64,000 nucleotides of DNA, from positions 192,001 through 256,000 of the forward strand of contig CBDFMQ010000001.1 of assembly GCA_965249725.1 (NCBI GenBank), written 5' to 3'. Each line of letters starts with the position of its first letter. Position 1 is the stretch's first letter. The translations under genes were made by a program, and so were the position numbers. The notes under the pieces are model-generated. The model was not told where the DNA came from. It saw nothing but the letters and a program-made list of their open reading frames with translations, and did not search any database. This document shows positions 19,689 to 29,422 of this stretch, one piece after another. Source of the stretch: Longimicrobiales bacterium (GTDB taxonomy: Bacteria > Gemmatimonadota > Gemmatimonadetes > Longimicrobiales > Gaopeijiaceae).

Positions 19689-20048
19689 ATGCAACACAAA
19701 CACGCAGGGGACATCCCGTCCGAGCCCGTGGGTGCGGGTTCCGGGACGGTCCGCCAGGTTCTCATCGGCCCCGACGAGGGCCCCAATTTTGCCATGCGCC
19801 GTTTCATCATGGAGCCCGGCGGGGGCATGCCCAAGCACACGAACACGGTCGAGCATGAGCAGTACGTACTCGGCGGGAACGCTCGCGTCGGCATCGGGGA
19901 TCGGGTGATCGAGGTGAAGCGGGACGACGTGGTCTTCATACCGGCCGGTGTACCGCACTGGTACGAGTCCCTCGGGCCCGAGGCGTTCGAGTTCCTGTGC
20001 GTCGTGCCCAACGGTCCGGACGAGATTCGGCTCATCGAGGACGAATAG
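19689..20048 (+). CDS. Cupin-domain protein
   Basis: FAMRRF, PKHTNTVEHE, FIPAGVPH; start trimmed to ATG 19689. Confidence 0.88.
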   Translation: MQHKHAGDIPSEPVGAGSGTVRQVLIGPDEGPNFAMRRFIMEPGGGMPKHTNTVEHEQYVLGGNARVGIGDRVIEVKRDDVVFIPAGVPHWYESLGPEAFEFLCVVPNGPDEIRLIEDE

Positions 20049-20298
20049 CGGCGTCCGCTCGCCTCCCTTGTTGGCCTAGAGGGCGCTCGGGGGCGTAGAA
20101 GGCAATCTGGGGTCTCAGGCGAGGTTCTGCCGTCTCACAGGCCCGTTCAGGGCCCTTAGCGGGCTCCATGAGCCCGTTCCTGGCTTGTTTTCTCCCGAAT
20201 ACGGCGGATGAACCCTTGTGTGTGCCGGGGCTTCGCCCGCAGGTTGGTCCTTTCATGGATCCCTTCCCGTGATCCGATAACCCCGAAACCGAGGCGAT

Positions 20299-21714
20299 AT
20301 GGAGACCATCGGATGGCTCTCGATTCTTCCACCCATTGTGGCCATCGCTTTGGCCATCAAGACCCGAGAGGTCTACATCTCGCTCGCGTTGTTCGTGTGG
20401 TTGGGCTGGACCATCCTCAATTCGTGGAATCCGATCCTGGGGCTCGTGCAGGGTGTGAACGTCTTTCTCGACGCCATCACCAGCCCAGGGAATGCCCGTA
20501 CGTTGCTCTTCTCCGCCTTGATCGGTGGGATCATCACCCTGACGCAGGCATCAGGTGGCATGGAGGGGTTCATCCAATGGGTCGAAGACAAGCGATTGGG
20601 GAAGAGCCCGCGCACGGTTCGCATGTTCGGCATCGGCACCAGCATGGTGCTCTTCCTCGAGTCGAACTTCGGGCTTCTGGTGGCAGGGTCGGTCTCTCGA
20701 CCGCTCTTCGATCGGGCCAAGATCTCACGTGAAAAGCTGGCCTACATCCTGGACGCGACCTGCGCGCCCAAACAGCTCCTGATCCCCATCAATGCCTGGG
20801 GTGCGTACATCGTCACCCTCCTGGCGGCACAGTCCGTACCCGAGCCCAACCGTGTCCTTCTTTCCGCGTTGACGCTCAACTTCTACGCGATCCTCGCGAT
20901 ACTCATGGTGTTTTTCGTGGGCCTTACCGACTGGAACATCGGACCCATGCGCGAGGCCGAGCGTCGCGTTCGGGAGGAGGGCAAGCTGCTCAGGGACGGC
21001 GCCTCGCCGATGATGTCGTCGGATGTCAGCATGCTCGAAGCGAAACCGGGCGTGCCGAAGAGGGCGGTCAACATGCTCCTCCCCATTTTCGCCATGGTCG
21101 CGACGGTACCGTACGTCCTGTGGCTGACCGGGGACGGGGTGATTCTGAACGGCAGCGGGTCCGACGCGGTGCTCTGGGGTGTCATCGTGGGGATTCTGCT
21201 CGGCGCCTTCATGTATCGGCTCCAGGGCATCATGACGTTCCGCGAGGTGACGAGCTACACCATCAAGGGCATCCAGGGGCTGACACCGGTGGTCATCGTT
21301 CTGGCCCTCGCCTTTGCGATCGCCGGGACGCAACAGGCTCTCGGCACTGGTGTGTGGTTGGCCCAAGTAGCGCAGGCGAACGTCAATCCGGGCTTCGTGC
21401 CGGCCATAGTGTTCATTCTGGCCTGCATCATGGCCTTTTCCACGGGGACTTCGTGGGGGACGTTCGCTATCATGATCCCTATCGTGGTGCCCATGGCCGC
21501 GCTCCTGGATCTACACCTGGGGCTGACGCTCGCGGCGGCTCTGGGGGGTGGGATCTTCGGGGATCACTGCTCACCGATCTCGGACAGCACGATCGTAGCG
21601 TCGATGGCGTCGGCTACGGACCACATCGACCACGTGCGGACCCAGCTGCCCTACGCGGTCATAGCGGCGGTTGGGGCGCTGGTGCTCTTCCTGGTTGTGG
21701 GCTTCATCCTCTAG
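20299..21714 (+). CDS. Na+/H+ antiporter NhaC-family transporter
   Basis: LSILPP, REKLAYILD, GTSWGTF and GDHCSPISD...DHVRTQLPY. Confidence 0.9.
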   Translation: METIGWLSILPPIVAIALAIKTREVYISLALFVWLGWTILNSWNPILGLVQGVNVFLDAITSPGNARTLLFSALIGGIITLTQASGGMEGFIQWVEDKRLGKSPRTVRMFGIGTSMVLFLESNFGLLVAGSVSRPLFDRAKISREKLAYILDATCAPKQLLIPINAWGAYIVTLLAAQSVPEPNRVLLSALTLNFYAILAILMVFFVGLTDWNIGPMREAERRVREEGKLLRDGASPMMSSDVSMLEAKPGVPKRAVNMLLPIFAMVATVPYVLWLTGDGVILNGSGSDAVLWGVIVGILLGAFMYRLQGIMTFREVTSYTIKGIQGLTPVVIVLALAFAIAGTQQALGTGVWLAQVAQANVNPGFVPAIVFILACIMAFSTGTSWGTFAIMIPIVVPMAALLDLHLGLTLAAALGGGIFGDHCSPISDSTIVASMASATDHIDHVRTQLPYAVIAAVGALVLFLVVGFIL

Positions 21715-21738
21715 AGCTTCATCCCGGAGGTCCGTCGT

Positions 21739-23610
21739 CTACCGGGTTCGGTTCTCCATCATCACCAAGCCGCCGCCGAGGCTCCCGGAGAAGACGTCGA
21801 GATCTCCGTCCCCGTCGATGTCCACAACCGAAGGCGTGGAGTAGTTGGGAAGCGTAAGGGTGAACGTCGAGTCCTGAACGAATACGGGATCGGCCGTCCC
21901 TCCCTCGCGGCGGTAGAGCAGTAACCCTCCGGCCTCCCGACCGAGAAGCAGGTCCTCATCTCCGTCCCCGTCCATGTCGGCGAAGGTTGGGAAGCTCCGG
22001 CGACCGGCGTCCATCCCTTGGAAATTGTCGCTCACTAGCTCGAATGTGGGAGCCTGTGGCGTCCCTACATTGCGGTAGAAGTTGAGCTCTCCCGACGACT
22101 CCCCGATGAAGAGGTCCAGATCGCCGTCTCCATCCACATCCGTCAGTGCCGGGGTGCTGTTGCTGCCCCGCGTGAGCTTGATGAGCGTCGTGTCGGCGAG
22201 CACGAAGTCGGGCCTTTCGCTCGAGCCCTCGTTCACGTAGAAGGACACGCCCTTGTTCCAGGTACCCATCAGCATGTCCAGGTCACCGTCGCTGTCCAGG
22301 TCACCCATCGCCGGCGCGTAGTGGTACATGGTGAAGAGCTCGATCCGCTCTCGCTCTTCGAAGGAGGGCTCCTGTGTGGATCCCACATTCTCGAAGCGGT
22401 ACATGCGAGAGGTGCGGGTGTCGCTCGGATCGATCTTGTTGGAAAGGAGCAGGTCCAGGTCGCCGTCCCCGTCCAGATCGGTGAACGTTGGAATGCTCTC
22501 GCTCCCCACATCGATCGTGTAGATGAAGCGCTCGGTCTGTCGGCTGAAGCGGCCGTCGACCTGCTCGTAGAAGAGGAAGTTCCGGATCGTGGTCAGGTTG
22601 GGGTTGAAGGCTCCCCCGAGGACTCCGACGTAGAGGTCCAGGTCCCCGTCGTTGTCCACGTCGGCCAGCGCCGGGACGTTGTATCCACTCGTCGTCAGGG
22701 AGTCCTCGACCTCGAAGGGCAGGGGCTCACCGAGCAGAATCGGTTCGCTACACGATCCCGTGTTCTCCAGGTAGAGCACGCTGGCCTCGAAGAAGTCGCC
22801 CCAGAAGAAGTCGAGATCGTCGTCGTCGTCCATGTCGGCGAACGCCATCGAGTTCGCGCCGTGTAGGCTGCCCGCCATGGCGGCGACGATCTCGATGCCC
22901 TGGAAGCGATCCTCTACGAATCGGAAGAGCGGCGCCCCGTCGGCGGACGTCGTCGACGTCTCGTAGCGGCTGATCGTCCCATCCACGCGCCCCAAGAAGA
23001 GATCCCAATTGCCGTCGCAGTCGATGTCGTTGAGGCTCGGGATGTTCTGCCGGTCTGCGAAGAGGGGCTCCCCGTCGACGTCGCGGGCCGAGTCATCGAC
23101 TGCCAAGAACGCCGCCCCCTGAGGTGTGCCCTCGTTGCGGAAGTAACGCACATAGCTGAACGGGTTTTCCGCCAGTAGGTCCAGATCGCCATCTCGGTCG
23201 AAGTCGAGGAAGCGGCTCCACTCCCCGATCTCCAGATCCTGATACGTGTCGGTACGCCAGACGAAGCGTGGCTCACTTGGAGATCCCACGTTCTCGAAGT
23301 GCATGAGTTCGCCCGTGCGCTCCTGGAGGAACAGGTCCAAGTCGCCGTCGCCATCGAGATCGGCGAACTGCGGACGCGGCACGTTCAGCCCGCCCAGAAG
23401 GGGCGACTCGTAAGGCCGCCCCGCCTCATCCAGAAACGAGAGAGCATCCACGACACGCACGAAGCCACTGGCCTCTTGGCCCTCTCCGGTAGCATCGACC
23501 GGCGCTGTGGCCGCGGGCATGCCGTAGCCGCCGCAGCTCGTGATCGCCAAGGAGCTCAGGGCCCACAAGGCCACTCCGCGACCGGCCAATGTCACCGAAA
23601 CTTCCGTCAT
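21739..23610 (-). CDS. FG-GAP/VCBS-repeat lipoprotein
   Basis: Lipobox ITSC; many D-x-D-G-D-G-D-L-D repeats. Confidence 0.88.
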   Translation of the reverse strand: MTEVSVTLAGRGVALWALSSLAITSCGGYGMPAATAPVDATGEGQEASGFVRVVDALSFLDEAGRPYESPLLGGLNVPRPQFADLDGDGDLDLFLQERTGELMHFENVGSPSEPRFVWRTDTYQDLEIGEWSRFLDFDRDGDLDLLAENPFSYVRYFRNEGTPQGAAFLAVDDSARDVDGEPLFADRQNIPSLNDIDCDGNWDLFLGRVDGTISRYETSTTSADGAPLFRFVEDRFQGIEIVAAMAGSLHGANSMAFADMDDDDDLDFFWGDFFEASVLYLENTGSCSEPILLGEPLPFEVEDSLTTSGYNVPALADVDNDGDLDLYVGVLGGAFNPNLTTIRNFLFYEQVDGRFSRQTERFIYTIDVGSESIPTFTDLDGDGDLDLLLSNKIDPSDTRTSRMYRFENVGSTQEPSFEERERIELFTMYHYAPAMGDLDSDGDLDMLMGTWNKGVSFYVNEGSSERPDFVLADTTLIKLTRGSNSTPALTDVDGDGDLDLFIGESSGELNFYRNVGTPQAPTFELVSDNFQGMDAGRRSFPTFADMDGDGDEDLLLGREAGGLLLYRREGGTADPVFVQDSTFTLTLPNYSTPSVVDIDGDGDLDVFSGSLGGGLVMMENRTR

Positions 23611-23684
23611 CGTCCTCTTGACTCCCTCTCAGGATCGAATGCCCCGCGGGGCCGAACCGGACTCAGTATAACGAGGGGGAGAAC

Positions 23685-23826
23685 TACGCCACTATCGAAG
23701 TAGGGGTAGTTGCTCCAGGAGCCGCCCATACCGGCCGAGTTGTCGCCGTACGGCACAGTGTCGAAGTAGCCGATTTCCACCGGATTCTCCGGATCACTGA
23801 TGTCGAGCACTCGCAGTCCGCTCTGC
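23685..23826 (-). pseudogene. Remnant of a choice-of-anchor-B / LVIVD protein C-terminus
   Basis: QSGLRVLDISDPENPVEIGYFDTVPY...GSWSNYPYFDSG with no intact upstream part; abuts AT-rich non-coding DNA. Confidence 0.7.
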
Positions 23827-23957
23827 GGAGAGAATCACCAAAGAGCTATAACCAAGACGTTTCATATCATGCCTCACACAACGGACTGAACGAAAATGTA
23901 GTCCAACAATTTAGTCGATTTCACCATCGGTAGAGAGGGCAGGGACGAGGTATGTGT

Positions 23958-23984
23958 GGAACTTTCTTCCCGGGTCGTCCCGTA
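23958..23984 (+). promoter_or_regulatory. Candidate ECF-sigma promoter upstream of the protease
   Basis: GGAACT-N17-CGTA. Confidence 0.3.
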
Positions 23985-24046
23985 TGGTATAGGTAGGTCG
24001 CCCACAGAGGAGCAGATTGGCCGATGACTAGACACGGGGGAGTCCA

Positions 24047-25108
24047 GTGACGAGGTGGGGACGTCGGTCGAGAATCACGTTCTTGGCGGCCTTATTGGCG
24101 GAGCTGTTCCTGCCCAGCCCTGCGATTCACGACGACCTATGGATCTTCGGGCCGTCTCGGGGGCCTGCTTCCTATGACCTGTCGGCTGCCATTGCAGCTC
24201 AGGATCTCCACAGCCCGGATCTGTTTGCGATCCACGGCGTCGTTGGAACGGCCGTCGGGATCGGACTGGGTGGCATCCCTGTTGTGATGGTGTATACCGC
24301 TCGTTTGGGCGTGTTCGGCGTGCCGGCCAGCCTCGAGGGCATCCCGGTACTCCCCGAGGTGACCGGTGAGTTCTGGGCACTGGGGGACGGTCCGAGGGCG
24401 AAGGAGTCCGAAGACGCCCTCGATCCCAAGCAGCGCTTCCCGAGACCCGTCCCGATCGGGGTCTCTGGTGGCCAGCCCGATGTGACCGCAGGGACGATCG
24501 GAGCCCGGGTGAGTGACGGCGGCAAGACCTTCGCCTTGAGCAACAACCACGTATTCGCGAACCGGAACGATGCCAACAAGGGGGATGACATCCTCCAGCC
24601 CGGTCGAGTGGACGGCGGGACGGATCCCACGAATTCGATCGGTACGCTGCATGATTACGAGCCGCTTCGGTTCTGCAGCGCGCTCAACTGTCCCGACAAC
24701 CGGATCGATGCGGCGATCGCGCTGACGTCGGCGGAGAACCTCGGGACGAGCACGCCGGAAAATGGCTACGGTGAGCCGCGCTCCAAGACGGATGCCGCGG
24801 CTCTGAGTCAGCGTGTTCAGAAGTACGGTCGGACCACGGGACTCACGACGGGCACGGTGACGGGGGTCAACGCCACGATCAACGTGAACTACAACATCGG
24901 GACCGTCCGATTCGTGGATCAGATTCTGATCAGCGACGGCAACTTCAGTCAGGGCGGAGACTCGGGATCGCTCGTGGTCACCAAGGGCAGCGGTGGTGAT
25001 GACCGCAGGCCTGTCGGACTGCTCTTTGCCGGAAGCAACACGCACACCATCGCCAACCCCATCGATCTCGTTCTCGAGCGGTTCGGGGTGAGCGTCGATG
25101 GGAGTTAG
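24047..25108 (+). CDS. Trypsin-like (Nal1-like) serine protease with signal peptide and N-terminal pro-like domain
   Basis: Catalytic triad motifs LSNNHV, IDAAIA, GDSGS; also QPG and KYGRTTG. Confidence 0.87.
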   Translation: MTRWGRRSRITFLAALLAELFLPSPAIHDDLWIFGPSRGPASYDLSAAIAAQDLHSPDLFAIHGVVGTAVGIGLGGIPVVMVYTARLGVFGVPASLEGIPVLPEVTGEFWALGDGPRAKESEDALDPKQRFPRPVPIGVSGGQPDVTAGTIGARVSDGGKTFALSNNHVFANRNDANKGDDILQPGRVDGGTDPTNSIGTLHDYEPLRFCSALNCPDNRIDAAIALTSAENLGTSTPENGYGEPRSKTDAAALSQRVQKYGRTTGLTTGTVTGVNATINVNYNIGTVRFVDQILISDGNFSQGGDSGSLVVTKGSGGDDRRPVGLLFAGSNTHTIANPIDLVLERFGVSVDGS

Positions 25109-25117
25109 CGGGCCCGC

Positions 25118-25342
25118 GTGTCGGCGCATAGCTTGACGGACGACATGAAGCGCGCGCTCGCGAAGCTCACGAAGAAGGTCATCGACCTCCCCGGAGTGTC
25201 TGGGACCGCGATCGGGCTGTCGGGCGGGAAGCCGTGCTTGAAGGTCTTCGTGTCCGGGAACGACGGGTCGGGGAAGATCCCGTCTTCGGTGGATGGCCAT
25301 CGGGTCGTGGTCGAGAAGACAGGGACGTTCGAGCGGTATTGA
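25118..25342 (+). CDS. Small protein homologous to the N-terminal domain of the upstream protease
   Basis: LPGVSGTAIG...PCLKVFV...IPSSVDGHRVVVEKTGTF aligns with IHGVVGTAVG...PVVMVYT...VPASLEGIPVLPEVTGEF. Confidence 0.78.
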   Translation: MSAHSLTDDMKRALAKLTKKVIDLPGVSGTAIGLSGGKPCLKVFVSGNDGSGKIPSSVDGHRVVVEKTGTFERY

Positions 25343-25361
25343 GAGCGATTGCGGCCGAGGG

Positions 25362-25399
25362 TGGGGCGTCGGTGTTGGGGCGTCGGTGTTGGGGCGTCG
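25362..25399 (+). repeat. 14-bp intergenic tandem repeat TGGGGCGTCGGTGT (about 2.7 copies)
   Basis: Read directly. Confidence 0.8.
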
Positions 25400-25494
25400 C
25401 TGGGCAACCATCCGGACACCCTCGGCGTCATATCAATAGACGGGACGCCTCGGAGCGGGATTCGCCGGCCGAGGATGGGGGTTGATTTCAGCGA

Positions 25495-26178
25495 ATGGAG
25501 CGTGCGATGGGTGTGCGAAAGTCAGACCTCATGGCCGTCACGGCCATACTAGTCGGTGCCGGTGCCGGGTTCGGACTTACCAACCTGTATGCGCACGGTC
25601 AGCGCAACGCGGTGCAGGATGAGTTGATCACGATCATGGAGTCTGACGCTCCGCATTACGTCACCACGATGCGCGTGCGCGGATCCGATCACGATCATGC
25701 TCGCGTCCAGGTCATGGAGATCCGTCGTGAGGCGCGGAGCAAAGCCCGTGAGGCTCGGGGCCAGGCGCGTGAGGCCCGCGAGAGAGCCCGCGAGATCCGG
25801 ACCGAGGTGCGGGTCGGGAAGGCCTTCGCCCTTCAGGAGGCACTCGAGGGACTCGAGGGTCTCAAGTCCTTGGAATCGCTCGAGTCCTTGGAGTCGCTGG
25901 GATCGCTCGAGATTCTCGAGAGTCTCGATGGCGAAGTCATGAATCTCGAGGCGCTCGAGGAAGCCATGGAGGAGTTGCAGTTGGAACTCCAAGCGGAGTT
26001 CGACGGTGAAGCGTTCAGCGGTGAAGCGTTCAGCGGTGAAGCGTTCAGCGGTGAAGCGTTCAGCGGTGACGTGACCATCGATATCCAGGTGGATGATGCC
26101 GATGATCAGCACAAGAAGAAGAAGCGGAAGCGCCGCGTCGTGGTGAAACGGCCCGGCAACGACGGTCCGGGCAACTAG
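25495..26178 (+). CDS. Hypothetical membrane-anchored protein with LES and GEAFS repeats and a basic tail
   Basis: N-terminal TM; coiled coil; KKKKRKRR; followed by a terminator; start may be the second ATG. Confidence 0.7.
   Translation: MERAMGVRKSDLMAVTAILVGAGAGFGLTNLYAHGQRNAVQDELITIMESDAPHYVTTMRVRGSDHDHARVQVMEIRREARSKAREARGQAREARERAREIRTEVRVGKAFALQEALEGLEGLKSLESLESLESLGSLEILESLDGEVMNLEALEEAMEELQLELQAEFDGEAFSGEAFSGEAFSGEAFSGDVTIDIQVDDADDQHKKKKRKRRVVVKRPGNDGPGN
26005..26069 (+). repeat. 15-bp perfect tandem repeat GGTGAAGCGTTCAGC x4 (GEAFS)
   Basis: Read directly. Confidence 0.93.
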
Positions 26179-26204
26179 ACCCGAGACGTCTCGCTTCGGC
26201 TCCG

Positions 26205-26236
26205 AGAGCCTCGCCCCACCGGGGCGGGGCTCTTTT
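26205..26236 (+). terminator. Intrinsic terminator
   Basis: AGAGCCTCGCCCC-acc-GGGGCGGGGCTCT then TTT. Confidence 0.8.
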
Positions 26237-26358
26237 GCTTGTCGGGGGCGTGCAATTTGGCCAGACACCACCTATACATCAGAGTCGATGACGACGCCCC
26301 TTCCTTTGGACGACGTCATCCTTCTGTTCAACGTCACCACCGCTGTGTGAGGTAACCC

Positions 26359-28707
26359 ATGCATTCCGCTCTCGAATCACCGCCCCGTGCGGTTTTCTCA
26401 CTGTTCCTGCTGACGGCCGCGACCGCGTTTATGACCGTGTCGGGAGCGATGGCTCCGGCCGCCGCGCAGAGCGCCCAGGACCTGGTGCCCATGACGTTCA
26501 TGGACGTCCAGAGGATGGCAAGGGGAGGGTCCTGGACTCCGAGTCCCGAGGGCGAGTGGATGCTCTACACCGTCACGACGCCGAACTGGGAGGAGGAGGA
26601 ATCCCAGGCCGACATACACCTCGTTTCGATGGACCAAGGTGTCGCGTCGAGCCGGCAGATGACCTATACGGACGACAAGAACGAGCGGTCGCCCGCCTGG
26701 TCGAGGGATGGGAGCTTCTTCGTGTTCGCCTCGGATCGGGACAGCATTGCCAGTCGAAGCAGCGACACCGACGATGGAGAGGCCCAGGGTGGAGATCAAC
26801 TCTACATGATGCGTCCCGACGGCGGTGAGGCTCAGCGCGTCACCGACGCGGACGAGGGCGTGTCCGACTTCTCCTTCAGCGACGACGGCCGTTGGCTCGT
26901 GTATCGCAGCGGGAAGTCGGGCCAGGAGCAGCTGTACAGCTTGCCGGCAAACGGCCTCGTGACGGCCCAACCCGAGCAGATCACCGACGGTGACGCGGGG
27001 GTGGAGCGCTGGGAGTGGTCTCCCGACAGCCGGCGTATCTACTTCGCCAGGCCCGACTCGTGGAACGTGGACAACGAGCTGCGTCTCGAAGAGGGGTTCA
27101 GCGTGGACGTCAAGAACATGGTGACGCCCCTGTCCAACTTGTGGGCGGTGGACTTGTCTCCGAGGGACACACGGCAACTGACGGACGACCCGGCCGTGAG
27201 CGTGGGTGCCTTCGACGTCTCGGACGATGGACGGTGGGTCACATACAGCGGGGGCTCTGCCGAGCGCTACGAGCGCAACATCACGGGTGCGCGGTTGTAC
27301 GCCGACCAGTTCCTGCTCGAGACAGCCACGGGGCACACCGAGCGCCTCACGGACAACTACGAGGTGGGGGAGAGCCTGCCGAGCGTTTCGCCTGATGGCC
27401 GCTTGATCGCGTTTTCGGCGCCGGATGACAGGACGCGTTACACGATGACCGACAACCGGGTGTACATCCGCGACGTGGCCGATCGAGGCGGCTCTTTCCG
27501 GAAGATCGGTACCGGGTTCGATCAGAGCTCGAGCGTCGGTTTCTGGTCTGAGGACGGCAATACGATCTACTTCAACGCGGGTGTCCGGGTAACGACACAA
27601 CTCCACGCGCTCGACGTGCGGAGCGGTGAGGTCACTCAGCTCACCGAAGAGCGGGCGGCGCTTGCTGTGAGCCGCGACGAAGATTCGGGCGTCGTGCTCA
27701 TCGGCTACCAGGATCCGAAGACGCCGGCCACGGTCTTCACTGTCGAGAGCGTCGATGACGTGACGAACCGCTGGGCTTGGACACAGCTGGTCGATGTGGT
27801 CCCCGAGGTACGGGGGATGGCGCTCGGCGAAGAGGTCGAGGTGAACTGGCGTTCGACGGACGGCAAGCTGGTCGGCGGCGTGCTCGTGAAGCCTGTCGGT
27901 TACCAGGAGGGCCAGCGGTATCCGCTCATCGTGGCGATCCACGGAGGCCCGGCGTCGGCCGACGTTCTGCGCTTCAACGGTGGATACAGCGCCCAGGTCT
28001 ACGCGGGTGCAGGATATGCCGTGCTCAAGCCGAACTACCGCGGCTCCCGCAACTACGGCAACGCCCACAGGACCGACATCGTCGGGGACTACTTCACGTT
28101 GGGTTACGACGACATCATGACCGGAGTGGACTACCTGATCGGCGAGGGCATCGTCGACGGGGACCGCATGGGAGCGCTGGGGTGGAGCGCCGGTGGGCAC
28201 TGGTCGAACTGGATCGTGACCCACACCGACCGGTTCAAGGCGATCAGTTCGGGGGCCGGGACCATGAACTGGATCTCGATGTACGCGCAGAGCGACGTTC
28301 AGAGGAACCGGCAGTTCTACATCGGTGACGAGTTCATGTACGAGAACTTCGATACGTACTGGAATCAATCGCCCCTCAAGTACGTCGCAAATGCCAAGAC
28401 TCCGACCATGATCCACGTGGTGGAAGGTGACCCGCGGGTACCGAGCCCGCAGTCAGTGGAGCTCCACATGGCGCTCAAGAAGCTCGGCGTGCCTACGGAG
28501 TTGTTCATGTATCCCGGGAGGACCCACGGGATATCTCAGCCCCGCAACCGGCTCGTGAAGGCGGTGAGTGAGATGGCGTGGATGGACCACTACGTGCGTG
28601 GGATCGGAGACAAGTTCGAGTGGCGCGCCGTGCTCGAGACACTCGAGAAGAAGAAAGAGAAGCCCAAGGCCACCACGGACAGCGAACAGGACATGGGCCT
28701 TCGGTGA
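26359..28707 (+). CDS. S9-family (prolyl oligopeptidase/DAP-like) peptidase, secreted
   Basis: PD40-like repeats; IHGGP, PNYRGS, GWSAGG nucleophile, DPRVP, H in GRTHG. Confidence 0.92.
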   Translation: MHSALESPPRAVFSLFLLTAATAFMTVSGAMAPAAAQSAQDLVPMTFMDVQRMARGGSWTPSPEGEWMLYTVTTPNWEEEESQADIHLVSMDQGVASSRQMTYTDDKNERSPAWSRDGSFFVFASDRDSIASRSSDTDDGEAQGGDQLYMMRPDGGEAQRVTDADEGVSDFSFSDDGRWLVYRSGKSGQEQLYSLPANGLVTAQPEQITDGDAGVERWEWSPDSRRIYFARPDSWNVDNELRLEEGFSVDVKNMVTPLSNLWAVDLSPRDTRQLTDDPAVSVGAFDVSDDGRWVTYSGGSAERYERNITGARLYADQFLLETATGHTERLTDNYEVGESLPSVSPDGRLIAFSAPDDRTRYTMTDNRVYIRDVADRGGSFRKIGTGFDQSSSVGFWSEDGNTIYFNAGVRVTTQLHALDVRSGEVTQLTEERAALAVSRDEDSGVVLIGYQDPKTPATVFTVESVDDVTNRWAWTQLVDVVPEVRGMALGEEVEVNWRSTDGKLVGGVLVKPVGYQEGQRYPLIVAIHGGPASADVLRFNGGYSAQVYAGAGYAVLKPNYRGSRNYGNAHRTDIVGDYFTLGYDDIMTGVDYLIGEGIVDGDRMGALGWSAGGHWSNWIVTHTDRFKAISSGAGTMNWISMYAQSDVQRNRQFYIGDEFMYENFDTYWNQSPLKYVANAKTPTMIHVVEGDPRVPSPQSVELHMALKKLGVPTELFMYPGRTHGISQPRNRLVKAVSEMAWMDHYVRGIGDKFEWRAVLETLEKKKEKPKATTDSEQDMGLR

Positions 28708-29372
28708 GGCCTGCGGCCCGATTCCTTGCGATTGCCCTACTCGTAGGGTGTGGCGGGGAAGCCGTCGAGGAACCTGTAGATCCGCGACTTCAGAACCCCC
28801 TACTACGGGCGAGCCAGTTCAACGAGACGTCGCCCCGGACCTTTAGCGCGCGATTCGAGACCACCAACGGGGACTTCGTCATCGAGGTGCACCGGGAGTG
28901 GGCCCCGCTGGGAGCCGACCGATTCTACAATCTTGTGAAGCGGGGATGGTACGACGGAGTACGCTTCCACAGGGTCCTTAAGGGCTTCATGGTGCAGTGG
29001 GGCGTACACGATGAGCCGTATGTGAACGCCATCTGGCAGGACGAGTTCCTGACCGATGATCCGCCGACGCAGTCGAACACGCGCGGGCGGGTGTCTTTCG
29101 CCAAGGGCGGGGCCAACAGCCGCACGGTCCAAGTCTTCGTCAACTACAAGGACAACGCGAGTCTCGACGAGCGCGGATTCTCACCGATCGGTGAGGTTGT
29201 GGAGGGTATGGACGTGGTGGACGGCCTCTACGCCGAGTACGGAGAGGGCCCTCCGCGGGGCGAAGGCGTCTATCAGGCCATGGCGATGGCCAGAGGAGCG
29301 GAGTACTACGACGCGGAGTTTCCGGAGCTGGACCGGATTCTGCGAGCCACCGTCGAGGACGGTGGCTCGTGA
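28704..29372 (+). CDS. Cyclophilin-type peptidyl-prolyl isomerase, lipoprotein
   Basis: GTG overlaps upstream TGA; lipobox LVGC; WAPLGADRF, FHRVLKGFMVQWG. Confidence 0.9.
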   Translation: MRPAARFLAIALLVGCGGEAVEEPVDPRLQNPLLRASQFNETSPRTFSARFETTNGDFVIEVHREWAPLGADRFYNLVKRGWYDGVRFHRVLKGFMVQWGVHDEPYVNAIWQDEFLTDDPPTQSNTRGRVSFAKGGANSRTVQVFVNYKDNASLDERGFSPIGEVVEGMDVVDGLYAEYGEGPPRGEGVYQAMAMARGAEYYDAEFPELDRILRATVEDGGS

Positions 29373-29422
29373 GTTGCGCCCACCGGAGGTGATCCTGGAG
29401 CGGGGAGGGATTGTCCCCTGAC

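Noticed and set aside
20049..20298. Riboswitch upstream of the NhaC-family gene
   Set aside because: No recognisable lysine, glycine or SAM aptamer motifs by eye; an Rfam scan would settle it
26005..26069. Repeats as a CRISPR array
   Set aside because: Head-to-tail 15-bp units with no spacers, in frame inside a CDS; no cas genes
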